Assembly: GCA_964057225.1 (NCBI GenBank)
Contig: OZ059900.1
Span: 3,224,001-3,288,000, forward strand
DNA: 64,000 nt
Reading direction: 5' to 3'
From: Auanema rhodensis
Lineage: Eukaryota > Animalia > Nematoda
Positions 13,251 to 26,830 of this stretch are shown here, piece by piece. Position 1 is the stretch's first letter. Each line of letters starts with the position of its first letter. Position numbers and translations under genes: made by a program. The notes beneath the pieces are model-generated. The model was given only the letters and a program-made list of their open reading frames with translations. It did not search any database and had not been told where the DNA came from.

Positions 13251-15969
13251 TCAGAAGCATAGTTTTATTGTCTATGACAACAAAAGTCATCAATTAAACG
13301 CTAGTGATGTTTAAATACTGATTTTCGCTCAAATAGCATTACTACACTAAGTATGGTCGTTTTTATGCCTTTAACACCATATACTCACCGATTTTTGGTA
13401 CAAAATCTGTAATACTCGTAAATTTTGATCATATACGTTAAGATTTGAGAATCAAACACACAATACACAAAATCAGTCTATTTTTATGAGCTTGCACTGA
13501 TATATATTCATTTTGATCGAAAAAGGTCGAAAAAAGAAAGAATTTTTGAAATTTCCGAGTTTTGAGTCCAATTTGGCTAAATCGCTCATATATATGATCA
13601 AAAGCATAGTTTTATTGTCTATAACAACAAAAGTCATCAATTAAACGCTAGTGATGTTTTAATACTGAATTTCGCTCAAATAGCATTACTACACTAAGTA
13701 TGGTCGTTTTTATGCCTTTAACACCATATACTCACCGATTTTTGGTACAAAATCTGTAATACTCGTAAATTTTGATCATATTCGTTAAGATTTGAAAATC
13801 AAACACACAATGAACAAAATCAGTCTATTTTTATGAGTTTGCACTGATATATATTCATTTTGATCAAAAAAGGTCGAAAATAGAAAGAATTTTTGAATTT
13901 TCCGAGTTTTGAGTCCAATTGGGCTAAATCGCTCATATATATGATCAAAAGCATAGTTTTATTGTCTATGACAACAAAAGTCATTAATTAAACACTAATG
14001 ATGTTTAAATCACTAAATTTCGCTCAAATAGCATTACTACACTAAGTATGGTCGTTTTTATGCCTTTAACACCATATACTCACCGATTTTTGGTACAAAA
14101 TCTGTAATACTCGTAAATTTTGATCATATACGTTAAGATTTGAGAATCAAACACACAATACACAAAATCAGTCTATTTTTATGAGCTTGCACTGATATAT
14201 ATTCATTTTGATCAAAAAAGGTCGAAAAAAGAAAGAATTTTTGAAATTTCCGAGTTTTGAGTCCAATTTGGCTAAATCGCTCATATATATGATCAAAAGC
14301 ATAATTTTATTGTCTATAACAACAAAAGTCATCAATTAAACGCTAGTGATGTTTTAATACTGAATTTCGCTCAAATAGCATTACTACACTAAGTATGGTC
14401 GTTTTTATGCCTTTAACACCATATACTCACCGATTTTTGGTACAAAATCTGTAATACTTGTAAATTTTGATCATATTTGTTAAGATTTGAGAATCAAACA
14501 CACAATACACAAAATCAGTCTATTTTTATGAGTTTGCACTGATATATATTCATTTTGATCAAAAAAGGTCGAAAATAGAAAGAATTTTTGAATTTTCCGA
14601 GTTTTGAGTCCAATTGGGCTAAATCGCTCATATATATGATCAAAAGCATAGTTTTATTGTCTATGACAACAAAAGTCATTAATTAAACACTAATGATGTT
14701 TAAATCACTAAATTTCGCTCAAATAGCATTACTACACTAAGTATGGTCGTTTTTATGCCTTTAACACCATATACTCACCGATTTTTGGTACAAAATCTGT
14801 AATACTCGTAAATTTTGATCATATTCGTTAAGATTTGAGAATCAAACACACAATACACAAAATCAGTCTAATTTTATGAGCTTGCACTGATATATATTCA
14901 TTTTGATCAAAAAAGGTCGAAAAAAGAAAGAATTTTTGAAATTTCCGAGTTTTGAGTCCAATTTGGCTAAATCGCTCATATATATGATCAAAAGCATAGT
15001 TTTATTGTCTATAACAACAAAAGTCATCAATTAAACGCTAGTGATGTTTTAATACTGAATTTCGCTCAAATAGCATTACTACACTAAGTATGGTCGTTTT
15101 TATGCCTTTAACACCATATACTCACCGATTTTTGGTACAAAATCTGTAATACTTGTAAATTTTGATCATATTTGTTGAGATTTGAGAATCAAACACACAA
15201 TACACAAAATAAGTCTATTTTTATGAGTTTGCACTGATATATATTCATTTTGATCAAAAAAGGTCGAAAATAGAAAGAATTTTTGAATTTTCCGAGTTTT
15301 GAGTCCAATTGGGCTAAATCGCTCATATATATGATCAAAAGCATAGTTTTATTGTCTATGACAACAGAAGTCATTAATTAAACACTAATGATGTTTAAAT
15401 CACTAAATTTCGCTCAAATAGCATTACTACACTAAGTATGGTCGTTTTTATGCCTTTAACACCATATACTCACCGATTTTTGGTACAAAATCTGTAATAC
15501 TCGTAAATTTTGATCATATTTGTTAAGATTTGAGAATCAAACACACAATACACAAAATCAGTCTATTTTTATGAGCTTGCACTGATATATATTCATTTTG
15601 ATCAAAAAAGGTCGAAAATAGAAAGAATTTTTGAATTTTCCGAGTTTTGAGTCCAATTTGGCTAAATCGCTCATATATATGATCAAAAGCATAGTTTTAT
15701 TGTCTATAACAACAAAAGTCATCAATTAAACGCTAGTGATGTTTAAATACTGAATTTCGCTCAAATAGCATTACTACACTAAGTATGGTCGTTTTTATGC
15801 CTTTAACACCATATACTCACCGATTTTTGGTACAAAATCTGTAATACTTGTAAATTTTGATCATATTTGTTAAGATTTGAGAATCAAACACACAATACAC
15901 AAAATCAGTCTATTTTTATGAGTTTGCACTGATATATATTCACTTTGATCAAAAAAGGTCGAAAATAGA

Positions 15970-18290
15970 AAGAATTTTTGAAATTTCCGAGTTTTGAGTC
16001 CAATTTGGCTAAATCGCTCATATATATGATCAAAAGCATAGTTTTATTGTCTATAACAACAAAAGTCATCAATTAAACGCTAGTGATGTTTAAATACTGA
16101 ATTTCGCTCAAATAGCATTACTACACTAAGTATGGTCGTTTTTATGCCTTTAACACCATATACTCACCGATTTTTGGTACAAAATCTGTAATACTTGTAA
16201 ATTTTGATCATATCTGTTAAGATTTGAGAATCAAACACACAATACACAAAATCAGTCTATTTTTATGAGTTTGCACTGATATATATTCATTTTGATCGAA
16301 AAAGGTCGAAAATAGAAAGAATTTTTGAATTTTCCGAGTTTTGAGTCCAATTGGGCTAAATCGCTCATATATATGATCAAAAGCATAGTTTTATTGTCTA
16401 TGACAACAAAAGTCATCAATTAAACACTAATGATGTTTAAATCACTAAATTTCGCTCAAATAGCATTACTACACTAAGTATGGTCGTTTTTATGCCTTTA
16501 ACACCATATACTCACCGATTTTTGGTACAAAATCTGTAATACTCGTAAATTTTGATCATATTCGTTAAGATTTGAGAATCAAACACACAATACACGAAAT
16601 CAGTCTATTTTTATGAGCTTGCACTGATATATATTCATTTTGATCAAAAAAGGTCGAAAATAGAAAGAATTTTTGAAATTTCCGAGTTTTGAGTCCAATT
16701 TGGCTAAATCGCTCATATATATGATCAAAAGCATAGTTTTATTGTCTATAACAACAAAAGTCATCAATTAAACGCTAGTGATGTTTAAATACTGATTTTC
16801 GCTCAAATAGCATTACTACACTAAGTATGGTCGTTTTTATGCCTTTAACACCATATACTCACCGATTTTTGGTACAAAATCTGTAATACTCGTGAATTTT
16901 GATCATATTCGTTAAGATTTGAGAATCAAACACACAATACACAAAATCAGTCTATTTTTATGAGCTTGCACTGATATATATTCATTTTGATCAAAAAGGG
17001 TCAAAAATAGAAAGAATTTTTGAAATTTCCGAGTTTTGAGTCCAATTTGGCTAAATCGCTCATATATATGATCAAAAGCATAGTTTTATTGTCTATAACA
17101 ACAAAAGTCATCAATTAAACGCTAGTGATGTTTAAATACTGAATTTCGCTCAAATAGCATTACTACACTAAGTATGGTCGTTTTTATGCCTTTAACACCA
17201 TATACTCACCGATTTTTGGTACAAAATCTGTAATACTTGTAAATTTTGATCATATCTGTTAAGATTTGAGAATCAAACACACAATACACAAAATCAGTCT
17301 ATTTTTATGAGTTTGCACTGATATATATTCATTTTGATCGAAAAAGGTCGAAAATAGAAAGAATTTTTGAATTTTCCGAGTTTTGAGTCCAATTGGGCTA
17401 AATCGCTCATATATATGATCAAAAGCATAGTTTTATTGTCTATGACAACAAAAGTCATCAATTAAACACTAATGATGTTTAAATCACTAAATTTCGCTCA
17501 AATAGCATTACTACACTAAGTATGGTCGTTTTTATGCCTTTAACACCATATACTCACCGATTTTTGGTACAAAATCTGTAATACTCGTAAATTTTGATCA
17601 TATTCGTTAAGATTTGAGAATCAAACACACAATACACGAAATCAGTCTATTTTTATGAGCTTGCACTGATATATATTCATTTTGATCAAAAAAGGTCGAA
17701 AATAGAAAGAATTTTTGAAATTTCCGAGTTTTGAGTCCAATTTGGCTAAATCGCTCATATATATGATCAAAAGCATAGTTTTATTGTCTATAACAACAAA
17801 AGTCATCAATTAAACGCTAGTGATGTTTAAATACTGATTTTCGCTCAAATAGCATTACTACACTAAGTATGGTCGTTTTTATGCCTTTAACACCATATAC
17901 TCACCGATTTTTGGTACAAAATCTGTAATACTCGTAAATTTTGATCATATTCGTTAAGATTTGAGAATCAAACACACAATACACAAAATCAGTCTATTTT
18001 TATGAGCTTGCACTGATATATATTCATTTTGATCAAAAAGGGTCAAAAATAGAAAGAATTTTTGAAATTTCCGAGTTTTGAGTCCAATTTGGCTAAATCG
18101 CTCATATATATGATCAAAAGCATAGTTTTATTGTCTATAACAACAAAAGTCATCAATTAAACGCTAGTGATGTTTAAATACTGAATTTCGCTCAAATAGC
18201 ATTACTACACTAAGTATGGTCGTTTTTATGCCTTTAACACCATATACTCACCGATTTTTGGTACAAAATCTGTAATACTTGTAAATTTTG
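15970..18290 (+). repeat. 3-monomer tandem duplication (1042 bp)
   Basis: TATCTGTT occurs at 16211 and 17253, and AAAAGGGTCAAAA near 16995 and 18037. Confidence 0.88.
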
Positions 18291-18899
18291 ATCATATTCG
18301 TTAAGATTTGAGAATCAAACATACAATACACGAAATCAGTCTATTTTTATGAGCTTGCACTGATATATATTCATTTTGATCAAAAAAGGTCGAAAATAGA
18401 AAGAATTTTTGAAATTTCCGAGTTTTGAGTCCAATTTGGCTAAATCGCTCATATATATGATCAAAAGCATAGTTTTATTGTCTATAACAACAAAAGTCAT
18501 CAATTAAACGCTAGTGATGTTTTAATACTGAATTTCGCTCAAATAGCATTACTACACTAAGTATGGTCGTTTTTATGCCTTTAACACCATATACTCACCG
18601 ATTTTTGGTACAAAATCTGTAATACTTGTAAATTTTGATCATATTTGTTAAGATTTGAGAATCAAACACACAATACACAAAATCAGTCTATTTTTATGAG
18701 TTTGCACTGATATATATTCATTTTGATCAAAAAAGGTCGAAAATAGAAAGAATTTTTGAATTTTCCGAGTTTTGAGTCCAATTGGGCTAAATCGCTCATA
18801 TATATGATCAAAAGCATAGTTTTATTGTCTATGACAACAAAAGTCATTAATTAAACACTAATGATGTTTAAATCACTAAATTTCGCTCAAATAGCATTA

Positions 18900-21800
18900 C
18901 TACACTAAGTATGGTCGTTTTTATGCCTTTAACACCATATACTCACCGATTTTTGGTACAAAATCTGTAATACTCGTAAATTTTGATCATATTTGTTAAG
19001 ATTTGAGAATCAAACACACAATACACAAAATCAGTCTATTTTTATGAGCTTGCACTGATATATATTCATTTTGATCAAAAAAGGTCAAAAATAGAAAGAA
19101 TTTTTGAATTTTCCGAGTTTTGAGTCCAATTTGGCTAAATCGCTCATATATATGATCAAAAGCATAGTTTTATTGTCTATAACAACAAAAGTCATCAATT
19201 AAACGCTAGTGATGTTTAAATACTGAATTTCGCTCAAATAGCATTACTACACTAAGTATGGTCGTTTTTATGCCTTTAACACCATATACTCACCGATTTT
19301 TGGTACAAAATCTGTAATACTTGTAAATTTTGATCATATTTGTTAAGATTTGAGAATCAAACACACAATACACAAAATCAGTCTATTTTTATGAGCTTGC
19401 ACTGATATATATTCATTTTGATCAAAAAAGGTCGAAAAAAGAAAGAATTTTTGAAATTTCCGAGTTTTGAGTCCAATTTGGCTAAATCGCTCATATATAT
19501 GATCAAAAGCATAGTTTTATTGTCTATGACAACAAAAGTCATTAATTAAACACTAATGATGTTTAAATCACTAAATTTCGCTCAACTAGCATTACTACAC
19601 TAAGTATGGTCGTTTTTATGCCTTTAACACCATATACTCACCGATTTTTGGTACAAAATCTGTAATACTCGTAAATTTTGATCATATTTGTTAAGATTTG
19701 AGAATCAAACACACAATACACAAAATCAGTCTATTTTTATGAGCTTGCACTGATATATATTCATTTTGATCAAAAAAGGTCGAAAATAGAAAGAATTTTT
19801 GAATTTTCCGAGTTTTGAGTCCAATTTGGCTAAATCGCTCATATATATGATCAAAAGCATAGTTTTATTGTCTATGACAACAAAAGTCATTAATTAAACA
19901 CTAATGATGTTTAAATCACTAAATTTCGCTCAACTAGCATTACTACACTAAGTATGGTCGTTTTTATGCCTTTAACACCATATACTCACCGATTTTTGGT
20001 ACAAAATCTGTAATACTCGTAAATTTTGATCATATTTGTTAAGATTTGAGAATCAAACACACAATACACAAAATCAGTCTATTTTTATGAGCTTGCACTG
20101 ATATATATTCATTTTGATCAAAAAAGGTCGAAAATAGAAAGAATTTTTGAATTTTCCGAGTTTTGAGTCCAATTTGGCTAAATCGCTCATATATATGATC
20201 AAAAGCATAGTTTTATTGTCTATAACAACAAAAGTCATCAATTAAACGCTAGTGATGTTTAAATACTGAATTTCGCTCAAATAGCATTACTACACTAAGT
20301 ATGGTCGTTTTTATGCCTTTAACACCATATACTCACCGATTTTTGGTACAAAATCTGTAATACTTGTAAATTTTGATCATATTTGTTAAGATTTGAGAAT
20401 CAAACACACAATACACAAAATCAGTCTATTTTTATGAGTTTGCACTGATATATATTCACTTTGATCAAAAAAGGTCGAAAATAGAAAGAATTTTTGAAAT
20501 TTCCGAGTTTTGATTCCAATTTGGCTAAATCGCTCATATATATGATCAAAAGCATAGTTTTATTGTCTATAACAACAAAAGTCATCAATTAAACGCTAGT
20601 GATGTTTAAATACTGAATTTCGCTCAAATAGCATTACTACACTAAGTATGGTCGTTTTTATGCCTTTAACACCATATACTCACCGATTTTTGGTACAAAA
20701 TCTGTAATACTCGTAAATTTTGATCATATTTGTTAAGATTTGAGAATCAAACACACAATACACAAAATCAGTCTATTTTTATGAGTTTGCACTGATATAT
20801 ATTCATTTTGATCAAAAAAGGTCGAAAATAGAAAGAATTTTTGAATTTTCCGAGTTTTGAGTCCAATTGGGCTAAATCGCTCATATATATGATCAAAAGC
20901 ATAGTTTTATTGTCTATGACAACAAAAGTCATTAATTAAACACTAATGATGTTTAAATCACTAAATTTCGCTCAAATAGCATTACTACACTAAGTATGGT
21001 CGTTTTTATGCCTTTAACACCATATACTCACCGATTTTTGGTACAAAATCTGTAATACTTGTAAATTTTGATCATATTTGTTAAGATTTGAGAATCAAAC
21101 ACACAATACACAAAATCAGTCTATTTTTATGAGTTTGCACTGATATATATTCATTTTGATCAAAAAAGGTCGAAAATAGAAAGAATTTTTGAATTTTCCG
21201 AGTTTTGAGTCCAATTGGGCTAAATCGCTCATATATATGATCAAAAGCATAGTTTTATTGTCTATGACAACAAAAGTCATTAATTAAACACTAATGATGT
21301 TTAAATCACTAAATTTCGCTCAAATAGCATTACTACACTAAGTATGGTCGTTTTTATGCCTTTAACACCATATACTCACCGATTTTTGGTACAAAATCTG
21401 TAATACTCGTAAATAATTGCACTGATATATATTCATTTTGATCAAAAAAGGTCGAAAATAGAAAGAATTTTTGAAATGTCCGAGTTTTGAGTCTAATTTG
21501 GCTAAATCGCTCATATATATGATCAAAAGCATAGTTTTATTGTCTATAACAACAAAAGTCATCAATTAAACGCTAGTGATGTTTAAATACTGATTTTCGC
21601 TCAAATAGCATTACTACACTAAGTATGGTCGTTTTTATGCCTTTAACACCATATACTCACCGATTTTTGGTACAAAATCTGTAATACTCGTAAATTTTGA
21701 TCATATTTGTTAAGATTTGAGAATCAAACACACAATACACAAAATCAGTCTATTTTTATGAGCTTGCACTGATATATATTCATTTTGATCAAAAAAGGTC

Positions 21801-24410
21801 GAAAATAGAAAGAATTTTTGAATTTTCCGAGTTTTGAGTCCAATTTGGCTAAATCGCTCATATATATGATCAAAAGCATAGTTTTATTGTCTATAACAAC
21901 AAAAGTCATCAATTAAACGCTAGTGATGTTTAAATACTGAATTTCGCTCAAATAGCATTACTACACTAAGTATGGTCGTTTTTATGCCTTTAACACCATA
22001 TACTCACCGATTTTTGGTACAAAATCTGTAATACTTGTAAATTTTGATCATATTTGTTAAGATTTGAGAATCAAACACACAATACACTAAATCAGTCTAT
22101 TTTTATGAGCTTGCACTGATATATATTCATTTTGATCAAAAAAGGTCGAAAAAAGAAAGAATTTTTGAAATTTCCGAGTTTTGAGTCCAATTTGGCTAAA
22201 TCGCTCATATATATGATCAAAAGCATAGTTTTATTGTCTATGACAACAAAAGTCATTAATTAAACACTAATGATGTTTAAATCACTAAATTTCGCTCAAC
22301 TAGCATTACTACACTAAGTATGGTCGTTTTTATGCCTTTAACACCATATACTCACCGATTTTTGGTACAAAATCTGTAATACTCGTAAATTTTGATCATA
22401 TTTGTTAAGATTTGAGAATCAAACACACAATACACAAAATCAGTCTATTTTTATGAGCTTGCACTGATATATATTCATTTTGATCAAAAAAGGTCGAAAA
22501 TAGAAAGAATTTTTGAATTTTCCGAGTTTTGAGTCCAATTTGGCTAAATCGCTCATATATATGATCAAAAGCATAGTTTTATTGTCTATGACAACAAAAG
22601 TCATTAATTAAACACTAATGATGTTTAAATCACTAAATTTCGCTCAACTAGCATTACTACACTAAGTATGGTCGTTTTTATGCCTTTAACACCATATACT
22701 CACCGATTTTTGGTACAAAATCTGTAATACTCGTAAATTTTGATCATATTTGTTAAGATTTGAGAATCAAACACACAATACACAAAATCAGTCTATTTTT
22801 ATGAGCTTGCACTGATATATATTCATTTTGATCAAAAAAGGTCGAAAATAGAAAGAATTTTTGAATTTTCCGAGTTTTGAGTCCAATTTGGCTAAATCGC
22901 TCATATATATGATCAAAAGCATAGTTTTATTGTCTATAACAACAAAAGTCATCAATTAAACGCTAGTGATGTTTAAATACTGAATTTCGCTCAAATAGCA
23001 TTACTACACTAAGTATGGTCGTTTTTATGCCTTTAACACCATATACTCACCGATTTTTGGTACAAAATCTGTAATACTTGTAAATTTTGATCATATTTGT
23101 TAAGATTTGAGAATCAAACACACAATACACAAAATCAGTCTATTTTTATGAGTTTGCACTGATATATATTCACTTTGATCAAAAAAGGTCGAAAATAGAA
23201 AGAATTTTTGAAATTTCCGAGTTTTGATTCCAATTTGGCTAAATCGCTCATATATATGATCAAAAGCATAGTTTTATTGTCTATAACAACAAAAGTCATC
23301 AATTAAACGCTAGTGATGTTTAAATACTGAATTTCGCTCAAATAGCATTACTACACTAAGTATGGTCGTTTTTATGCCTTTAACACCATATACTCACCGA
23401 TTTTTGGTACAAAATCTGTAATACTCGTAAATTTTGATCATATTTGTTAAGATTTGAGAATCAAACACACAATACACAAAATCAGTCTATTTTTATGAGT
23501 TTGCACTGATATATATTCATTTTGATCAAAAAAGGTCGAAAATAGAAAGAATTTTTGAATTTTCCGAGTTTTGAGTCCAATTGGGCTAAATCGCTCATAT
23601 ATATGATCAAAAGCATAGTTTTATTGTCTATGACAACAAAAGTCATTAATTAAACACTAATGATGTTTAAATCACTAAATTTCGCTCAAATAGCATTACT
23701 ACACTAAGTATGGTCGTTTTTATGCCTTTAACACCATATACTCACCGATTTTTGGTACAAAATCTGTAATACTTGTAAATTTTGATCATATTTGTTAAGA
23801 TTTGAGAATCAAACACACAATACACAAAATCAGTCTATTTTTATGAGTTTGCACTGATATATATTCATTTTGATCAAAAAAGGTCGAAAATAGAAAGAAT
23901 TTTTGAATTTTCCGAGTTTTGAGTCCAATTGGGCTAAATCGCTCATATATATGATCAAAAGCATAGTTTTATTGTCTATGACAACAAAAGTCATTAATTA
24001 AACACTAATGATGTTTAAATCACTAAATTTCGCTCAAATAGCATTACTACACTAAGTATGGTCGTTTTTATGCCTTTAACACCATATACTCACCGATTTT
24101 TGGTACAAAATCTGTAATACTCGTAAATAATTGCACTGATATATATTCATTTTGATCAAAAAAGGTCGAAAATAGAAAGAATTTTTGAAATGTCCGAGTT
24201 TTGAGTCTAATTTGGCTAAATCGCTCATATATATGATCAAAAGCATAGTTTTATTGTCTATAACAACAAAAGTCATCAATTAAACGCTAGTGATGTTTAA
24301 ATACTGATTTTCGCTCAAATAGCATTACTACACTAAGTATGGTCGTTTTTATGCCTTTAACACCATATACTCACCGATTTTTGGTACAAAATCTGTAATA
24401 CTCGTAAATT
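18900..24410 (+). repeat. 8-monomer tandem duplication (2714 bp period) containing a truncated monomer
   Basis: The deletion scar lies at 21411 and 24125. CAACTAGC occurs at about 19583/19931 and 22297/22645, and TGATTCC at 20511 and 23225. 2714 = 8x347 - 66 + 4. Confidence 0.92.
21411..21420 (+). other. Deletion scar in a monomer (68 bp lost, AA inserted, net -66 bp); second copy at 24125-24134
   Basis: The sequence CTCGTAAAT-AA-TTGCACTG joins monomer position 228 to 297. Confidence 0.93.
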
Positions 24411-25399
24411 TTGATCATATTCGTTAAGATTTGAGAATCAAACACACAATACACAAAATCAGTCTATTTTTATGAGCTTGCACTGATATATATTCATTTT
24501 GATCAAAAAAGGTCGAAAATAGAAAGAATTTTTGAAATTTCCGAGTTGTGAGTCCAATTTGGCTAAATCGCTCATATATATGATCAAAAGCATAGTTTCA
24601 TTGTCTATAACAACAAAAGTCATTAATTAAACACTAATGATGTTTAAATCACTAAATTTCGCTCAAATAGCATTACTACACTAAGTATGGTCGTTTTTAT
24701 GCCTTTAACACCATATACTCACCGATTTTTGGTACAAAATCTGTAATACTCGTAAATTTTGATCATATTTGTTAAGATTTGAGAATCAAACACACAATAC
24801 ACAAAATCAGTCTATTTTTATGAGCTTGCACTGATATATATTCATTTTGATCAAAAAAGGTCGAAAATAGAAAGAATTTTTGAATTTTCCGAGTTTTGAG
24901 TCCAATTTGGCTAAATCGCTCATATATATGATCAAAAGCATAGTTTTATTGTCTATAACAACAAAAGTCATCAATTAAACGCTAGTGATGTTTAAATACT
25001 GAATTTCGCTCAAATAGCATTACTACACTAAGTATGGTCGTTTTTATGCCTTTAACACCATATACTCACCGATTTTTGGTACAAAATCTGTAATACTTGT
25101 AAATTTTGATCATATTTGTTGAGATTTGAGAATCAAACACACAATACACAAAATCAGTCTATTTTTTTGAGTTTGCACTGATATATATTCACTTTGATCA
25201 AAAAAGGTCGAAAATAGAAAGAATTTTGGAAATGTCCGAGTTTTGAGTCCAATTTGGCTAAATCGCTCATATATATGATCAAAAGCATAGTTTTATTGTC
25301 TATAACAACAAAAGTCATCAATTAAACGCTAGTGATGTTTAAATACTGAATTTCGCTCAAATAGCATTACTACACTAAGTATGGTCGTTTTTATGCCTT

Positions 25400-26830
25400 T
25401 AACACCATATACTCACCGATTTTTGGTACAAAATCTGTAATACTTGTAAATTTTGATCATATTTGTTAAGATTTGAGAATCAAACACACAATACACAAAA
25501 TCAGTCTATTTTTATGAGTTTGCACTGATATATATTCACTTTGATCAAAAAAGGTCGAAAATAGAAAGAATTTTTGAAATTTCCGAGTTTTGAGTCTAAT
25601 TTGGCTAAATCGCTCATATATATGATCAAAAGCATAGTTTTATTGTCTATGACAACAAAAATCATCAATTAAACGCTAGTGATGTTTAAATACTGATTTT
25701 CGCTCAAATAGCATTACTACACTAAGTATGGTCGTTTTTATGCCTTTAACACCATATACTCACCGATTTTTGGTACAAAATCGGTAATACTCGTAAATTT
25801 TGATCATATTCGTTAAGATTTGAAAATCAAACACACAATAAACAAAATCAGTCTCTTTTTTTGAGTTTGCACTGATATATATTCATTTCGATCGAAAAAG
25901 GTCAAAAATAGAAAGAATTTTTGAATTTTCCGAGTTTTGAGTCCAATTGGGCTAAATCGCTCATATATATGATCAAAAGCATAGTTTTATTGTCTATGAC
26001 AACAAAAGTCATTAATTGAACACTAATGATGTTTAAATCACTAAATTTCGCTCAAATAGCATTACTACACTAAGTATGGTCGTTTTTATGCCTTTAACAC
26101 CATATACTCACCGATTTTTGGTACAAAATCTGTAATACTTGTAAATTTTGATCATATTTGTTAAGATTTGAGAATCAAACACACAATACACAAAATCAGT
26201 CTATTTTTATGAGTTTGCACTGATATATATTCACTTTGATCAAAAAAGGTCGAAAATAGAAAGAATTTTTGAAATTTCCGAGTTTTGAGTCTAATTTGGC
26301 TAAATCGCTCATATATATGATCAAAAGCATAGTTTTATTGTCTATGACAACAAAAATCATCAATTAAACGCTAGTGATGTTTAAATACTGATTTTCGCTC
26401 AAATAGCATTACTACACTAAGTATGGTCGTTTTTATGCCTTTAACACCATATACTCACCGATTTTTGGTACAAAATCGGTAATACTCGTAAATTTTGATC
26501 ATATTCGTTAAGATTTGAAAATCAAACACACAATAAACAAAATCAGTCTCTTTTTTTGAGTTTGCACTGATATATATTCATTTCGATCGAAAAAGGTCAA
26601 AAATAGAAAGAATTTTTGAATTTTCCGAGTTTTGAGTCCAATTGGGCTAAATCGCTCATATATATGATCAAAAGCATAGTTTTATTGTCTATGACAACAA
26701 AAGTCATTAATTGAACACTAATGATGTTTAAATCACTAAATTTCGCTCAAATAGCATTACTACACTAAGTATGGTCGTTTTTATGCCTTTAACACCATAT
26801 ACTCACCGATTTTTGGTACAAAATCTGTAA
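25400..26830 (+). repeat. 2-monomer tandem duplication (695 bp)
   Basis: TCGGTAATAC occurs at 25781 and 26476. The GTCTCTTTT and ATTGAACAC variants repeat at the same offset. Confidence 0.9.
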
